NCBI GenBank assembly: GCA_041658665.1
Contig: JBAZZR010000003.1
Coordinates: forward strand, 68,125-132,124
Origin: Patescibacteria group bacterium
GTDB lineage: Bacteria; Patescibacteriota; Patescibacteriia; Patescibacteriales; UBA12465
Direction: 5' to 3'
DNA: 64,000 bases
Shown here one piece after another: positions 37,143 through 46,509 of this stretch (within the stretch, counting starts at the first letter, position 1; each line of letters begins with the position of its first letter). The position numbers and the translations under genes are program-made. Under the pieces are notes generated by a model. The model saw only the letters and a program-made list of their open reading frames with translations. It ran no database searches and was not told where the DNA came from.

Positions 37143-38150
37143 TTATTTTATATTAGTCAATGCTGTATTACTACGAAAGAGATAATAATATTGTTTTAGA
37201 AGAAATTGCTCTAATATTAAAGCAAAAATAAACATATTCAAAATTCTAACAATAATGAAACAACGATTGACAAAATTTTGTGTTTTCCAGTGTTTGAAAA
37301 AAATTAAATGTTGATTTTTAAATGACCAAGCTCTAATTTGTCGACTTTTGCGATAACGATCGAAGATAGCTCGGACTATCCCCCGCCCGGAAGTCGTCGC
37401 CGTTCGGTCGTGATAAAACAAAGATTCAGGAACTAGAACAGACTTATAGGCCGCTAGAAATAAGCGATAACTTAAATCGCAATCTTCTTTATACATAAAA
37501 AACCGCTCATCAAAATATTCCGGAGTTAGCGAACCCCGGCGACGCTCGGCTATTTTAACTAAAGCGTCAAGACAAAAAAGACCCGCCGCGCCAGAAGGAC
37601 CTAAGATCATAAATTGGTCAAACTGACCCCGATCGGTTTCGCCTTGTCCTAAATCTAAAAATTTTAGTCCCGGTTCGAGAATTAAACCGGCGGAATCAAT
37701 AACAGTTGTTCTAATATTTTGAGAAAAATCCCAGCGTCTAATCTTAGGAGCAACCGAAGCAAGGCGATGGTCAGCTTCTAACTTATTTAAAAGACCCTGA
37801 ATAGCCCCCGGCTCTAGCAGGATATCAGGATTAAGAATTAAAAAATATTGAGCCTGGTTCTTAAGCGCTTCATTAATTAAAATATTATAAGCTCGGCTAT
37901 AACCTAAATTAGCCCCCTGACTAAAATAGTTAATTTTCGGGGCCAGCCCTTTGGTATCTCGATAGTTTTGCTTAAAATCTTTTAAGAGGCGCCGGTTTTC
38001 GTCATGACTAGATAAACTATTATCAAAAGCGTAAATTTCATAATCAGCGGCCGCTAAAAAACTCAGCGCCGTTAGTAAACTCGGTAAAAAAAATGGTAAA
38101 TATTTAGCGCTAAACTCATTATAAAGAATAAAGCCAACAACTAATTTCAT
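37143..38150 (-). CDS. Glycosyltransferase family 2 (rhamnosyltransferase-like)
   Basis: FDNSLS, ANLGYSRAYN and YKEDCDLSYRL motifs. Confidence 0.8.
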   Translation of the reverse strand: MKLVVGFILYNEFSAKYLPFFLPSLLTALSFLAAADYEIYAFDNSLSSHDENRRLLKDFKQNYRDTKGLAPKINYFSQGANLGYSRAYNILINEALKNQAQYFLILNPDILLEPGAIQGLLNKLEADHRLASVAPKIRRWDFSQNIRTTVIDSAGLILEPGLKFLDLGQGETDRGQFDQFMILGPSGAAGLFCLDALVKIAERRRGSLTPEYFDERFFMYKEDCDLSYRLFLAAYKSVLVPESLFYHDRTATTSGRGIVRAIFDRYRKSRQIRAWSFKNQHLIFFKHWKTQNFVNRCFIIVRILNMFIFALILEQFLLKQYYYLFRSNTALTNIK

Positions 38151-38151
38151 A

Positions 38152-38877
38152 TTAAATAATCATCTTATCAGCCATTTTTTCTTTGGCAAAATTTTGCGCC
38201 TTAAGTAGACTATCGAAAGTTCCGGCATCTAGCCATTCACCGTCGACTAAGGCAACCTCCAACTCACCTTTAGCTAAATACCAATTATTAACATCGGTAA
38301 TTTCCAGTTCACCGCGCGCGCTCGGCGCCATATTCTTAGCTATTTCAATTACCCGCTTATCATATATATATAAGCCCGTCACCGCATAATCGCTCAAATA
38401 TTCCTGAGGCTTTTCAACGATTTTCTGAGCTTGCCGCTCCCCGTCGAATTTAACGACACCGAATCTCTCCGGATCAGTTACTTTTTTAGCAAAAATTTTC
38501 GCCCCGCCCCGGAAGCTTTGTATTTCTTGAACGAAATCATCTTCAAAAATATTGTCACCTAAAATAAGAGCGACATCTTCCTGATCAATAAAATTTTCGC
38601 CGATTAAAAAGGCTTGCGCGATACCTTCCGGATGATCCTGAATTTCATACGTAAACTTTACTCCTAATTCTTTACCGGAACCTAATAAATTTAAATAATC
38701 GCCAGCTCTCTCGGGCGCCACGATAATCAAGATTTCTTTAATCCCCGCTTTAATCAAAGTATTCAAGGGATAATAAATCATCGGCCGATGATAAATCGGC
38801 AGTAGCTGTTTACTAGTAATTTTAGTTAGCGGCTTAAGGCGCGTCCCCGAACCGCCGGACAAGATTATTCCTCTCAT
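38152..38877 (-). CDS. rfbA: Glucose-1-phosphate thymidylyltransferase-like sugar nucleotidyltransferase (short form)
   Basis: MRGIILSGGSGTRLKPLT and LGDNIF motifs. 241 aa. Confidence 0.85.
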   Translation of the reverse strand: MRGIILSGGSGTRLKPLTKITSKQLLPIYHRPMIYYPLNTLIKAGIKEILIIVAPERAGDYLNLLGSGKELGVKFTYEIQDHPEGIAQAFLIGENFIDQEDVALILGDNIFEDDFVQEIQSFRGGAKIFAKKVTDPERFGVVKFDGERQAQKIVEKPQEYLSDYAVTGLYIYDKRVIEIAKNMAPSARGELEITDVNNWYLAKGELEVALVDGEWLDAGTFDSLLKAQNFAKEKMADKMII

Positions 38878-38893
38878 AAATTATAATTATTAT

Positions 38894-39760
38894 CTAGATA
38901 CTTGTATTATCTAGATACTCGCGCAAAGCGAGTTTCCAATTTCTCATTTTTTTTAATTTAGTATTTTCTAACACCGAAAATTTAGGCCGGCGCGCCAAAC
39001 GCGATAAATCTTCGCTCCGAATAGGCCGCACCATATTCTTTATTTTTTTATAATGGAATAAAGCGAGAACGCCATCATACCAAGTACAGGACCCTTCGTT
39101 AACTAAATGATAAATCCCGAAAGGAACTTCCAGCTCCCACAAACGTTTCGTCGCCTCCGCCAAGTCGGGGGTATAAGTAAAACAACTTAGTTCTTCATTA
39201 ACGACTGTCAGTTCCGGCTTAACCGGGGCTAAATTTAACATTATCTCAAAAAAACTAGGTTTTGCTTGGGGACTCGTTCCCTGCGGCCCAAATAATTTTG
39301 AAGTCCTAACCAGATAATACTTTAAACCATATTGAGAACGCTTAAGGATCTCTTGCTCGCCAAGAAACTTACTCTCTCCATATTTATTAAGCGGATTAGG
39401 CGTTTCCTCTTCTTGAAAACTAAATTTTTCCGCCGTCCCGCTAAAAACATAATCCGAAGAATAATGAATCAAGACCGCTCCGATAGATAACGATAAATCA
39501 GCGAGCACTCCCGGAAAATCTCGATTCAGTCTCAAGGCCATTCCATATTCTTCCTTATCTTCACATTTGTCAACGGCGTTATAAGCCACGGCATTAATTA
39601 TTAAAACCGGCGCTATTTCCCTCACTCGGGCGCTTAAAAGCGGATAATCTAAAACATCTAAATCACTCCTATCTAAAGAAATAACTTCCTGATCTAAAGA
39701 AAATGTTTTCGCCAGCTGGACACCGAGATTACCGCGGCCGCCGAGAATAAGTATACTCAT
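38894..39760 (-). CDS. rfbD: dTDP-4-dehydrorhamnose reductase
   Basis: ILILGGRGNLG, SSDYVFSG and YGESKFLGE. I place the start at the ATG at 39760 (MSILILGG). The track ORF extends to 39886, but that extension is nonsense-like and overlaps the pyrD promoter. Confidence 0.85.
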   Translation of the reverse strand: MSILILGGRGNLGVQLAKTFSLDQEVISLDRSDLDVLDYPLLSARVREIAPVLIINAVAYNAVDKCEDKEEYGMALRLNRDFPGVLADLSLSIGAVLIHYSSDYVFSGTAEKFSFQEEETPNPLNKYGESKFLGEQEILKRSQYGLKYYLVRTSKLFGPQGTSPQAKPSFFEIMLNLAPVKPELTVVNEELSCFTYTPDLAEATKRLWELEVPFGIYHLVNEGSCTWYDGVLALFHYKKIKNMVRPIRSEDLSRLARRPKFSVLENTKLKKMRNWKLALREYLDNTSI

Positions 39761-39768
39761 ATAATCCC

Positions 39769-39777
39769 AGTATAACA
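39769..39777 (-). promoter_or_regulatory. Extended -10 element (TGtTATACT) 8 nt upstream of the rfbD ATG, suggesting a leaderless or near-leaderless mRNA
   Basis: The minus strand reads tcTGtTATACTgggattatATG. Confidence 0.4.
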
Positions 39778-39841
39778 GATTTTTAAAATATGTTCGACAA
39801 ATTAAAAGCTTAAAAATAGTCGAAGCGGAAAAAACAATTAA

Positions 39842-39870
39842 TTGACATTTATCGTCTTTTAAAGTAAATT
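39842..39870 (+). promoter_or_regulatory. Sigma-70-type promoter (TTGACA-17 nt-TAAATT) for the pyrD-like gene
   Basis: -35 at 39842-39847 and -10 at 39865-39870, followed by the AAGGAG ribosome-binding site at 39906-39911. Confidence 0.45.
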
Positions 39871-39916
39871 TTAGATAATTAAACAAAAATTAACGAACTT
39901 TAACAAAGGAGAAATC

Positions 39917-40867
39917 ATGAAAATTGGAAATATTGATGTGACTAGCTGTTCTTTCGGCTCTGGATCATTAAGTTTTTTCGGTAATGGCTACTGGTACAGC
40001 CATTGGCTCAAATTTCTAATACCAGAATTTAAAGAAATTCTAGACAGTACTACTTTCGTCGCTAAAACAGCGACCTTAGACCCTCGAGAGGGACACATGG
40101 CTCTCGACGAAAACTTTCAACCGCGGGAACTGATACCGAAATGTATTAAAGTTTACCCCTTTAAAGGAGTAATCCAGAACGCCGTCGGACTAAGTAACCC
40201 CGGATTTAATGTGTTACTGAGAACTCGGCGCTGGCAAGAAATTACGCGGCCGTTTTTTCTTTCTTTCATAACCCTAAGGGACACACCGCAAGAAAGGATA
40301 GATGAGGCTAAAAAATTTTTTAATATTTTAGAAAATAATCTGCCTAATTTTAAGGCTCCAGTCGGTTTACAGATTAATGTTTCGTGCCCTAACACTCAGC
40401 ACGACACAAGACATTTAGCCGAAGAAGCTTTAACGATTTTGTATCTAGCTTCTCGCCTTAATATTCCCCTCGACCTAAAGATTAATATCTTAGTGAGCGC
40501 CGATCTTATCACCGAAATAGAAAAAAGTGGGTTCTGCGATAGTTTAACCGTCAGCAACACGCTACCATATGGCAGCCCCGGCGTCGACTGGAAAAAACTT
40601 TTTGGCCGAGACTCCTCACCCCTCCAGCAATTTGGCGGTGGCGGCTTATCAGGAAAACCTATACTGCCGTTAGTTCTCTGGAAAATCTTAAATTTACGAT
40701 CAGCCGGCATTACTCTACCTATTAGAGGCAGCGGCGGAATATTATCAGTTAGTGACGTAGACCGCATGAAAGCCGCGGGCGCGAGCGCCATTGAAATCTC
40801 CAGCGTCTTAATTTTAAGACCCTGGCGCGTTCCAGCGATTATCAAACGCGCTAATCAAATTTTTTAA
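39917..40867 (+). CDS. pyrD: Dihydroorotate dehydrogenase-like FMN TIM-barrel protein (class 1-like)
   Basis: NAVGLSNPG, INVSCPN (catalytic Cys context), GGGLSGKPILP and GSGGILSVSDVDRMKAAGASAIEISS. Confidence 0.75.
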   Translation: MKIGNIDVTSCSFGSGSLSFFGNGYWYSHWLKFLIPEFKEILDSTTFVAKTATLDPREGHMALDENFQPRELIPKCIKVYPFKGVIQNAVGLSNPGFNVLLRTRRWQEITRPFFLSFITLRDTPQERIDEAKKFFNILENNLPNFKAPVGLQINVSCPNTQHDTRHLAEEALTILYLASRLNIPLDLKINILVSADLITEIEKSGFCDSLTVSNTLPYGSPGVDWKKLFGRDSSPLQQFGGGGLSGKPILPLVLWKILNLRSAGITLPIRGSGGILSVSDVDRMKAAGASAIEISSVLILRPWRVPAIIKRANQIF

Positions 40868-40885
40868 ATGTTATTTAAATTAGTA

Positions 40886-40915
40886 AAAGACCGCTCAGGA
40901 AACGGTCTTTTTTTT
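40886..40915 (+). terminator. Intrinsic terminator of the pyrD-like gene
   Basis: AGACCG-ctcaggaaa-CGGTCT followed by T8. Confidence 0.7.
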
Positions 40916-40949
40916 AAAAAAAGAGTGTGTGGTTATTAGCCTCACACTC
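40916..40949 (-). terminator. Intrinsic terminator of the pyrF-like gene
   Basis: The minus strand reads GAGTGTG-aggctaataacca-CACACTC followed by T7. Confidence 0.6.
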
Positions 40950-40982
40950 GGAAAAGATACATTTGATTTTTAAAATAATTAT

Positions 40983-42161
40983 TTAAGCAGCTAAGGGAAA
41001 ATCGGGATAGAAAGGATAAACAATTCCCATTTTCTGTACTTCTGGGGTTTCATAGGCCGCTTTCTCATTGATTCTGAACCGAGTTATGGCGTTCACCAAA
41101 TCAACTTGTAAATTATCAACTTGACCACTACCCCCAAGATTTTCCATCCACGGATACATAGTGCCGCGGGAGGAAGAAAAAATAGCGCCCTGACCGTTCC
41201 ATTTTCCGATCCGAATAAGTTCCGGCATAACTCGAGAGAATTTACCGTCTTGTGCTCCAAAACCAGGATTTAATGTTGTCGTCGAAGGAAAAGCCTTCCG
41301 AATACTACCATCACAGGTATGAGTCGCGCCGACAACTAAACCGATTGATGATAAACCGTCATATTCAAGATCAAAATTATCACTAATTGTATTCATATCA
41401 TCAACATTAGTCATTTGTAGCGTTGTATTATATGCACAAAGTTTTTGTTCTTGATATTCCGGTCCACTAGGATTAGAGCTTTTATTAACGACTATTATCC
41501 CTTTTCCGGCATTCATTAATTTCAAACCTAAACCAGGTTTTTCTGGGGTTCCTAAAACCATAATATCTCTTCCCATCCAAGGAGTGACATTTATAATATC
41601 GAAATCGAACGGAGCATAGTCTACGCCCCAACTATCTTTTAGATTACCGAGAAGTCCAACAAAATAAGCCACCTGAGTAGTGTCGATATCACCACGTTTG
41701 CAATCCAGAATTCGAATCAATCTTATTTTTTCCATCCTCTGCCGTTCTTGGATGTATTGATTTATTCTAGAGAGAAGAACCATTCCAATCGGCCCAAATT
41801 GTTCATAAAAGGCTATTTGGAGCTTAAACACTCTAATATTACAGAAATGGACCAAAACATTGATAACCTTAATCAGATAAGCTTCAACGCAAGCTAATAA
41901 ATATGAAAACTCATTAGATCGATTGCGCTCACCGGACATACCTGGAATTAAATTTAAGATTTGACGATATACGTCTTGCGTTAACCCTAACACATATTCT
42001 TCTTCGGTTGTCTCAACTACGGATGTCCTAACTACCGAACCATAAACAGCTATATTGTCCCGATAGCTGCCGAAAGGATGAATATCCAATCCAGCGCAGT
42101 ATAAAGTATTTTGTTTTCTCTGCACTTCGGCTAGTTCTACAAAATTATTTTTCGTTAACAT
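40983..42161 (-). CDS. pyrF: Orotidine-5'-phosphate decarboxylase, type 2, with insertions (392 aa)
   Basis: All type-2 OMPDC blocks are visible: AGLDIHP, KLQIAFYEQFG, LDCKRGDIDTT, INVTPWMG, VVNKSSNPSG, GLVVGATH and LNPGFGAQDG. A strong AAAGGAG ribosome-binding site is present. Confidence 0.8.
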   Translation of the reverse strand: MLTKNNFVELAEVQRKQNTLYCAGLDIHPFGSYRDNIAVYGSVVRTSVVETTEEEYVLGLTQDVYRQILNLIPGMSGERNRSNEFSYLLACVEAYLIKVINVLVHFCNIRVFKLQIAFYEQFGPIGMVLLSRINQYIQERQRMEKIRLIRILDCKRGDIDTTQVAYFVGLLGNLKDSWGVDYAPFDFDIINVTPWMGRDIMVLGTPEKPGLGLKLMNAGKGIIVVNKSSNPSGPEYQEQKLCAYNTTLQMTNVDDMNTISDNFDLEYDGLSSIGLVVGATHTCDGSIRKAFPSTTTLNPGFGAQDGKFSRVMPELIRIGKWNGQGAIFSSSRGTMYPWMENLGGSGQVDNLQVDLVNAITRFRINEKAAYETPEVQKMGIVYPFYPDFPLAA

Positions 42162-42192
42162 GATAACTCCTTTAATGAAATGAGTGAAAAAA

Positions 42193-42918
42193 TTACAACT
42201 TGATCTTTCCCGTTAAAATATCCCAATTTTTATCTTTTTTTGGTTTATATCTTAACGAGCCGGCAGCGCACAACGGGCATTCTTTCTGATCAACGGCCCA
42301 GACTTCTTTAGCAATCAGAGAAATAACTTGGCGTTCGCCGCACATATTTATCCGCGGCATTAAATGTTTCGGGCGATAAACTAAAGCGCCCACCAGGGGG
42401 ATCCAATTAACCGGTTCTTTGTTTCCCTCATCAACGGCTAGCTGAACAGCGTTGGTAGTCTTTGAGGTAGTGATTAATTCCTCTATCTGCAAAACCGTCT
42501 CGCCGGCCGGAATAGTTCTTCTAACCCACAACATCTTATCCTTATCAGCCGGATCTTTTTCCGTAAAAAACATCCGCGTCGCCCCTAAAGCGCGAGCCAC
42601 ATCATGACCGAAGGTTATGCCGGCCATCGGTGAAGCGATCACCCAATCAATAGGCTGATCACTAATTGTCTGCCGTATTTTCTGCGCTAATTGATCGGCT
42701 AAAATTTCCGATAGATTAAGATACTCCAGCACGCGCAAGCAATCAAAAAAAGCATTGCTGCACATACCTGTGGTTAATTCAGCATGCGGGTCTTTAGGGT
42801 CACCACTATGCCCCCAATATGCTTCACAAGTACCAAACCAGGACAATATTTCCAGCGGATCAATATACAGTCCTCCGGCAAATCCCGGTTTAAGATTAAT
42901 AAGTGATTTTAGGTCCAT
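42193..42918 (-). CDS. Type I phosphoribosyltransferase (orotate PRTase-like)
   Basis: PRPP loop VLQIEELITTSKTT. DWVIASPMAGITFGHDVARALG resembles the OPRT hood/loop region. C-terminal CPLCAAG motif. A GAGGAG ribosome-binding site is present. Confidence 0.65.
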   Translation of the reverse strand: MDLKSLINLKPGFAGGLYIDPLEILSWFGTCEAYWGHSGDPKDPHAELTTGMCSNAFFDCLRVLEYLNLSEILADQLAQKIRQTISDQPIDWVIASPMAGITFGHDVARALGATRMFFTEKDPADKDKMLWVRRTIPAGETVLQIEELITTSKTTNAVQLAVDEGNKEPVNWIPLVGALVYRPKHLMPRINMCGERQVISLIAKEVWAVDQKECPLCAAGSLRYKPKKDKNWDILTGKIKL

Positions 42919-43036
42919 TTGAGTCTCCTCGTTTTTGTTGATGAATATTACTTTTATTTATTGTTCTATTGTAAAATAACAAATTTAATCAAATTTAAAC
43001 CAAATTAAATTAATAATAAATCTTATCATAAATATT

Positions 43037-43062
43037 AAAAAAAACAAGACCTAATTAGGCCT
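43037..43062 (-). terminator. Intrinsic terminator after murF
   Basis: The minus strand reads AGGCCT-aatt-AGGTCT, then tg, then T8. Confidence 0.5.
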
Positions 43063-43100
43063 CATTAAAAATACCCGCTCGTAAATTTTTATTATAAGTT

Positions 43101-44393
43101 TTACTTCTCCGCCCACTCTTTCCCCTGTCGCACCAATAACTCACCGGCTTTTTCTGGCTCGGCCATTATTTCTTTAACAATTTTTTCTAGTCGCATCCCC
43201 TGAGATCCTTTGACTAAAATTAAATCGCCGGCCTTAATTCGATTCTGTAAAAAATGTCCGGCTTCGGCTAGTTTATCAAAATAAAAAATATGTTCATCGG
43301 CTAAACCCGCCGCCTGAGCGCCTCTGACGATATCGCGCGCCTTTTCACCAACCGCGATTAAATAATTTATTTTAGCAGCAGCGACTTTTCGGCCGACAAT
43401 CTGGTGGCCTTCTTCGGTATAATGGCCAAGTTCTAACATATCGCCCAAAACCGCATATTTAGAAGCGGCCTCATCAGTTTTTATCCGACCTAAAATATCT
43501 AAAGCGGCGACAACCGCTTCGGGAGAAGAATTATAGGTATCATCAATAATAAAAGTATGTTTAATGCCTGGCAGGACGTTCATGCGACCAGCGGGCAAGC
43601 TAAAACTATTCAGAGCTTGAGCGACTTCGACTAAATTAAGTTCAAAATAAAGACCAACAGCCGCTGCCGCTAAGGCCGCATAAATCGCGCTTTCCGTAAG
43701 CACATTATTCATAAAAACCGGAACCACTGCGCCATTATAATTTAACTTAAAATTCAAGCCCGCTAATTCATAGTTGCCTTTAGTAAAATTAAAAATAATA
43801 TCTTGCGCCTGTAAATTAGCCCCCTCTTTTAAGCCATAAGTCAGAACCCGAGTTTTACTGGCACTAGCCATTTCGCGCGCCGGCTCATTATCATAATTTA
43901 AAACCGCTAAACCTTTATTATCGAGGTTCTCAATTAAAACTTGTTTTTCCTTCTTAATATTAACTAAACTACCAAAATATTCGAGATGCGAATAACTAAC
44001 CGCGGTCACGACGCCAACGGTCGGCGGGGCTAAACGAACTAAATAGGCCATATCGCCAGGCCGATCCACTCCCATTTCTAAAACTAAAACCTGCGGATAA
44101 GTATTATCGCGAAGAATAATAAGTTTAAGCGCGTGACAAAAGACTTTTGACCAACCGAACAAGCTAGCGCCTGGCGAATCACAACCAAAAATAGTGAGCG
44201 GCAAGCCGATCTCGTTATTATAATTTTTTTGGCTCATACGCACGGCCAGCTTATCTTTTAAAACCGTGTAAATCGCTTCTTTAGTGCTAGTCTTACCCAG
44301 CGAACCGGTAATCGCAATAATAACCGGCCGGTATTTTTTTAAAATCAGCCTGGCCCAAAAATTTAGTTTTAATTGCAAAATTTTTCGTATCAT
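43101..44393 (-). CDS. murF: UDP-N-acetylmuramoyl-tripeptide--D-alanyl-D-alanine ligase
   Basis: ITGSLGKTSTKE P-loop, the Mur ligase middle and C-terminal domains, and the dcw context. Confidence 0.9.
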   Translation of the reverse strand: MIRKILQLKLNFWARLILKKYRPVIIAITGSLGKTSTKEAIYTVLKDKLAVRMSQKNYNNEIGLPLTIFGCDSPGASLFGWSKVFCHALKLIILRDNTYPQVLVLEMGVDRPGDMAYLVRLAPPTVGVVTAVSYSHLEYFGSLVNIKKEKQVLIENLDNKGLAVLNYDNEPAREMASASKTRVLTYGLKEGANLQAQDIIFNFTKGNYELAGLNFKLNYNGAVVPVFMNNVLTESAIYAALAAAAVGLYFELNLVEVAQALNSFSLPAGRMNVLPGIKHTFIIDDTYNSSPEAVVAALDILGRIKTDEAASKYAVLGDMLELGHYTEEGHQIVGRKVAAAKINYLIAVGEKARDIVRGAQAAGLADEHIFYFDKLAEAGHFLQNRIKAGDLILVKGSQGMRLEKIVKEIMAEPEKAGELLVRQGKEWAEK

Positions 44394-44448
44394 ACCAATT
44401 AATTTAAACTTTAACTCTCCAATTAATTTAAGCTTTAACTCTATTTAT

Positions 44449-46446
44449 CTATCTCGTTTTCGGCACTTGATAATATTTCAGCATAAAATCAGCAATATCT
44501 TTCCAAAGGGGCAAAGCGGAACCTTCCGCATATTGAACGTCTTTAGGCGCATCAATTTTCGTCAACATAACAAAAGCCGGATTATCAATTGGCGCTATGC
44601 CGATAAACGTATGAATATATTTATCTTTACTATAAGATCCGTCCACGGCCACTTGCGCCGTGCCGGTTTTTCCGCCGACATAATAACCGGCGATAGCGGC
44701 ACGTTTAGCATGACCATTTTCTACCACGTTAACTAACATCGCCGAGATAGTCGCAGCTGTTTTATCGCTAATTACTTTTCTAACTTGTTTGGGCAAAATA
44801 TCCTCCCGGCGACCGTCGCGAATAATCGCCTTAACCACGTAAGGCTTCATCATCGTACCGCGATTAGCGAGCGCTTGATAGGCCATCACCATTTGCAAGG
44901 GGTTAGTAGCAATTCCTTGGCCGAAAGAAGCCGTGGCGGCGTCTATTTCTTTCACCTTCTTACTTAATAACTGATTAATATCACCAGGCGACTCGGCGCC
45001 TAATTCAATTCCCGTCCGTTCGCCAAAACCATAATTCTTAACATAATCCGCAAAGACTTTAACACCCGCCTGACGCATAGCGAAAATCGCTCCGGTATTT
45101 AAAGAGTAATCTAAAACTGTGCTCATATTAACTACGCCGTGCGGTCCAAAAGTCGAGTAGTCAGAATTTCGAATCGGCTTAGGCCAACCGTTAATCATAA
45201 TTTCGCCAGCATCCTTATAAGTAGTATTAGGCGTCACTTTCCCCTGATCAATAGCAATAGACATCGTCACCGTTTTAAATACCGAACCGGGTTCGTATTG
45301 ATCAAAAATAGCGGGATTATTATAAACATTCAAATCTTTGACCGCTTTATAATTATTAGGATCAAAGTCGGGCACGGAACACATCGCAATAATAGCTCCC
45401 GTTTTAGGAGCGATGACGATAACTGAGCCACCGCTCGCGCCATGCTGCTTAACCGCTTCCTTTAATTTCTGACAAGCCATAAATTCAACGTTGCGATCAA
45501 TTGTTAAAACTAAATCCGCTCCCGGAGTCGGTTTAGTATATTCCCGATCACTGACAATCATTAAATTAGACTGACCGCCTTTTTCTGATTTTAAATAGCC
45601 GTATTTCCCAAAGAGCTCTTCGTTAAAAAATTCCTCTAGGCCATACTTTCCCTTACCTTCACCGTCCGCATAACTAACGAAGCCTAAAAGGTGCGAAGCG
45701 ATTTCTTTCTCGGGATAATAACGAAAACTCTCTAAATTAAAATCTAAACCAGGGATTTTAAGTTCCGTGGCCGAAGAGGTCGCGCGGGCTTTATAAAATA
45801 CTTGATAATTTTTTAATTCTAAATCATTAGCGTGCACTGGACTAGAAGTCGAACTAGCTAAAAAAGCAAATAATTTTAAGAGGGTATCACTGTCAATCTT
45901 TTTATTACTTAAAGAATCATAGACACTACCTGGTTTATCAAAATGTTTAAGATAATAGGCGATCCGTTCTTCTCTTGTCGAAGTCGCTAGGAGCGTTTTA
46001 GTGCTACTTGCGTCCGGACTAATAGCCAAAGTCGAAGAACCGCTAAATTTCCCCGCCGCCGCGAGAGCCAAAGCCGGAACGTCAAAAAATTCATAAAATT
46101 TTTCGGCGAAAGCACGGGGGTCACTAATATCTTTAGGCACGGCAAAAAGGACAGCGAACTCTTTATTAGTTGCCATCGGATAAAGTCTTTCTTGTTTATT
46201 AATAGACTCGGTAAAATAAATTTTACCGCGCGCCGGTTCTAAACGGCTAGAAGTCTGCTGCTGACTGGCGGCCATCGCCGTATAAAGATCGCACTGTTTT
46301 ATTTGTAAATTAAAAAGCTGATAAACCAAAGCCCCGGCAAATAAAAAAATAATCGCCACGACTAATCGCCAGCGACTAAGACTAACCCGGGCTCTCTCCG
46401 GCCTAGAGTTGTTGGAAACATTACGCCACATATTATTAACTTTCAA
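44449..46446 (-). CDS. ftsI: Penicillin-binding protein 2/3-type transpeptidase (FtsI-like)
   Basis: N-terminal TM helix, SVFK (SxxK) and KTGTA. The track start is a TTG at 46446. An in-frame ATG at 46431 is an alternative start. Confidence 0.9.
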   Translation of the reverse strand: MKVNNMWRNVSNNSRPERARVSLSRWRLVVAIIFLFAGALVYQLFNLQIKQCDLYTAMAASQQQTSSRLEPARGKIYFTESINKQERLYPMATNKEFAVLFAVPKDISDPRAFAEKFYEFFDVPALALAAAGKFSGSSTLAISPDASSTKTLLATSTREERIAYYLKHFDKPGSVYDSLSNKKIDSDTLLKLFAFLASSTSSPVHANDLELKNYQVFYKARATSSATELKIPGLDFNLESFRYYPEKEIASHLLGFVSYADGEGKGKYGLEEFFNEELFGKYGYLKSEKGGQSNLMIVSDREYTKPTPGADLVLTIDRNVEFMACQKLKEAVKQHGASGGSVIVIAPKTGAIIAMCSVPDFDPNNYKAVKDLNVYNNPAIFDQYEPGSVFKTVTMSIAIDQGKVTPNTTYKDAGEIMINGWPKPIRNSDYSTFGPHGVVNMSTVLDYSLNTGAIFAMRQAGVKVFADYVKNYGFGERTGIELGAESPGDINQLLSKKVKEIDAATASFGQGIATNPLQMVMAYQALANRGTMMKPYVVKAIIRDGRREDILPKQVRKVISDKTAATISAMLVNVVENGHAKRAAIAGYYVGGKTGTAQVAVDGSYSKDKYIHTFIGIAPIDNPAFVMLTKIDAPKDVQYAEGSALPLWKDIADFMLKYYQVPKTR

Positions 46447-46509
46447 CTCCCCGCTCCCGCCGTTAAAATCCGAAAAATGTAGAGCTGGGTTTTAAGAGCT
46501 AGGGTTATA

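Noticed and set aside
42115-42125. When hand-translating the pyrF-like gene, I obtained one extra C at the 42120/42121 line boundary. That would imply a frameshift near codon 14.
   Set aside because: The supplied ORF track reads through with a length that is a multiple of three, and every codon on both sides matches. I treat this as my own counting error, but read-level verification of this position would be cheap.
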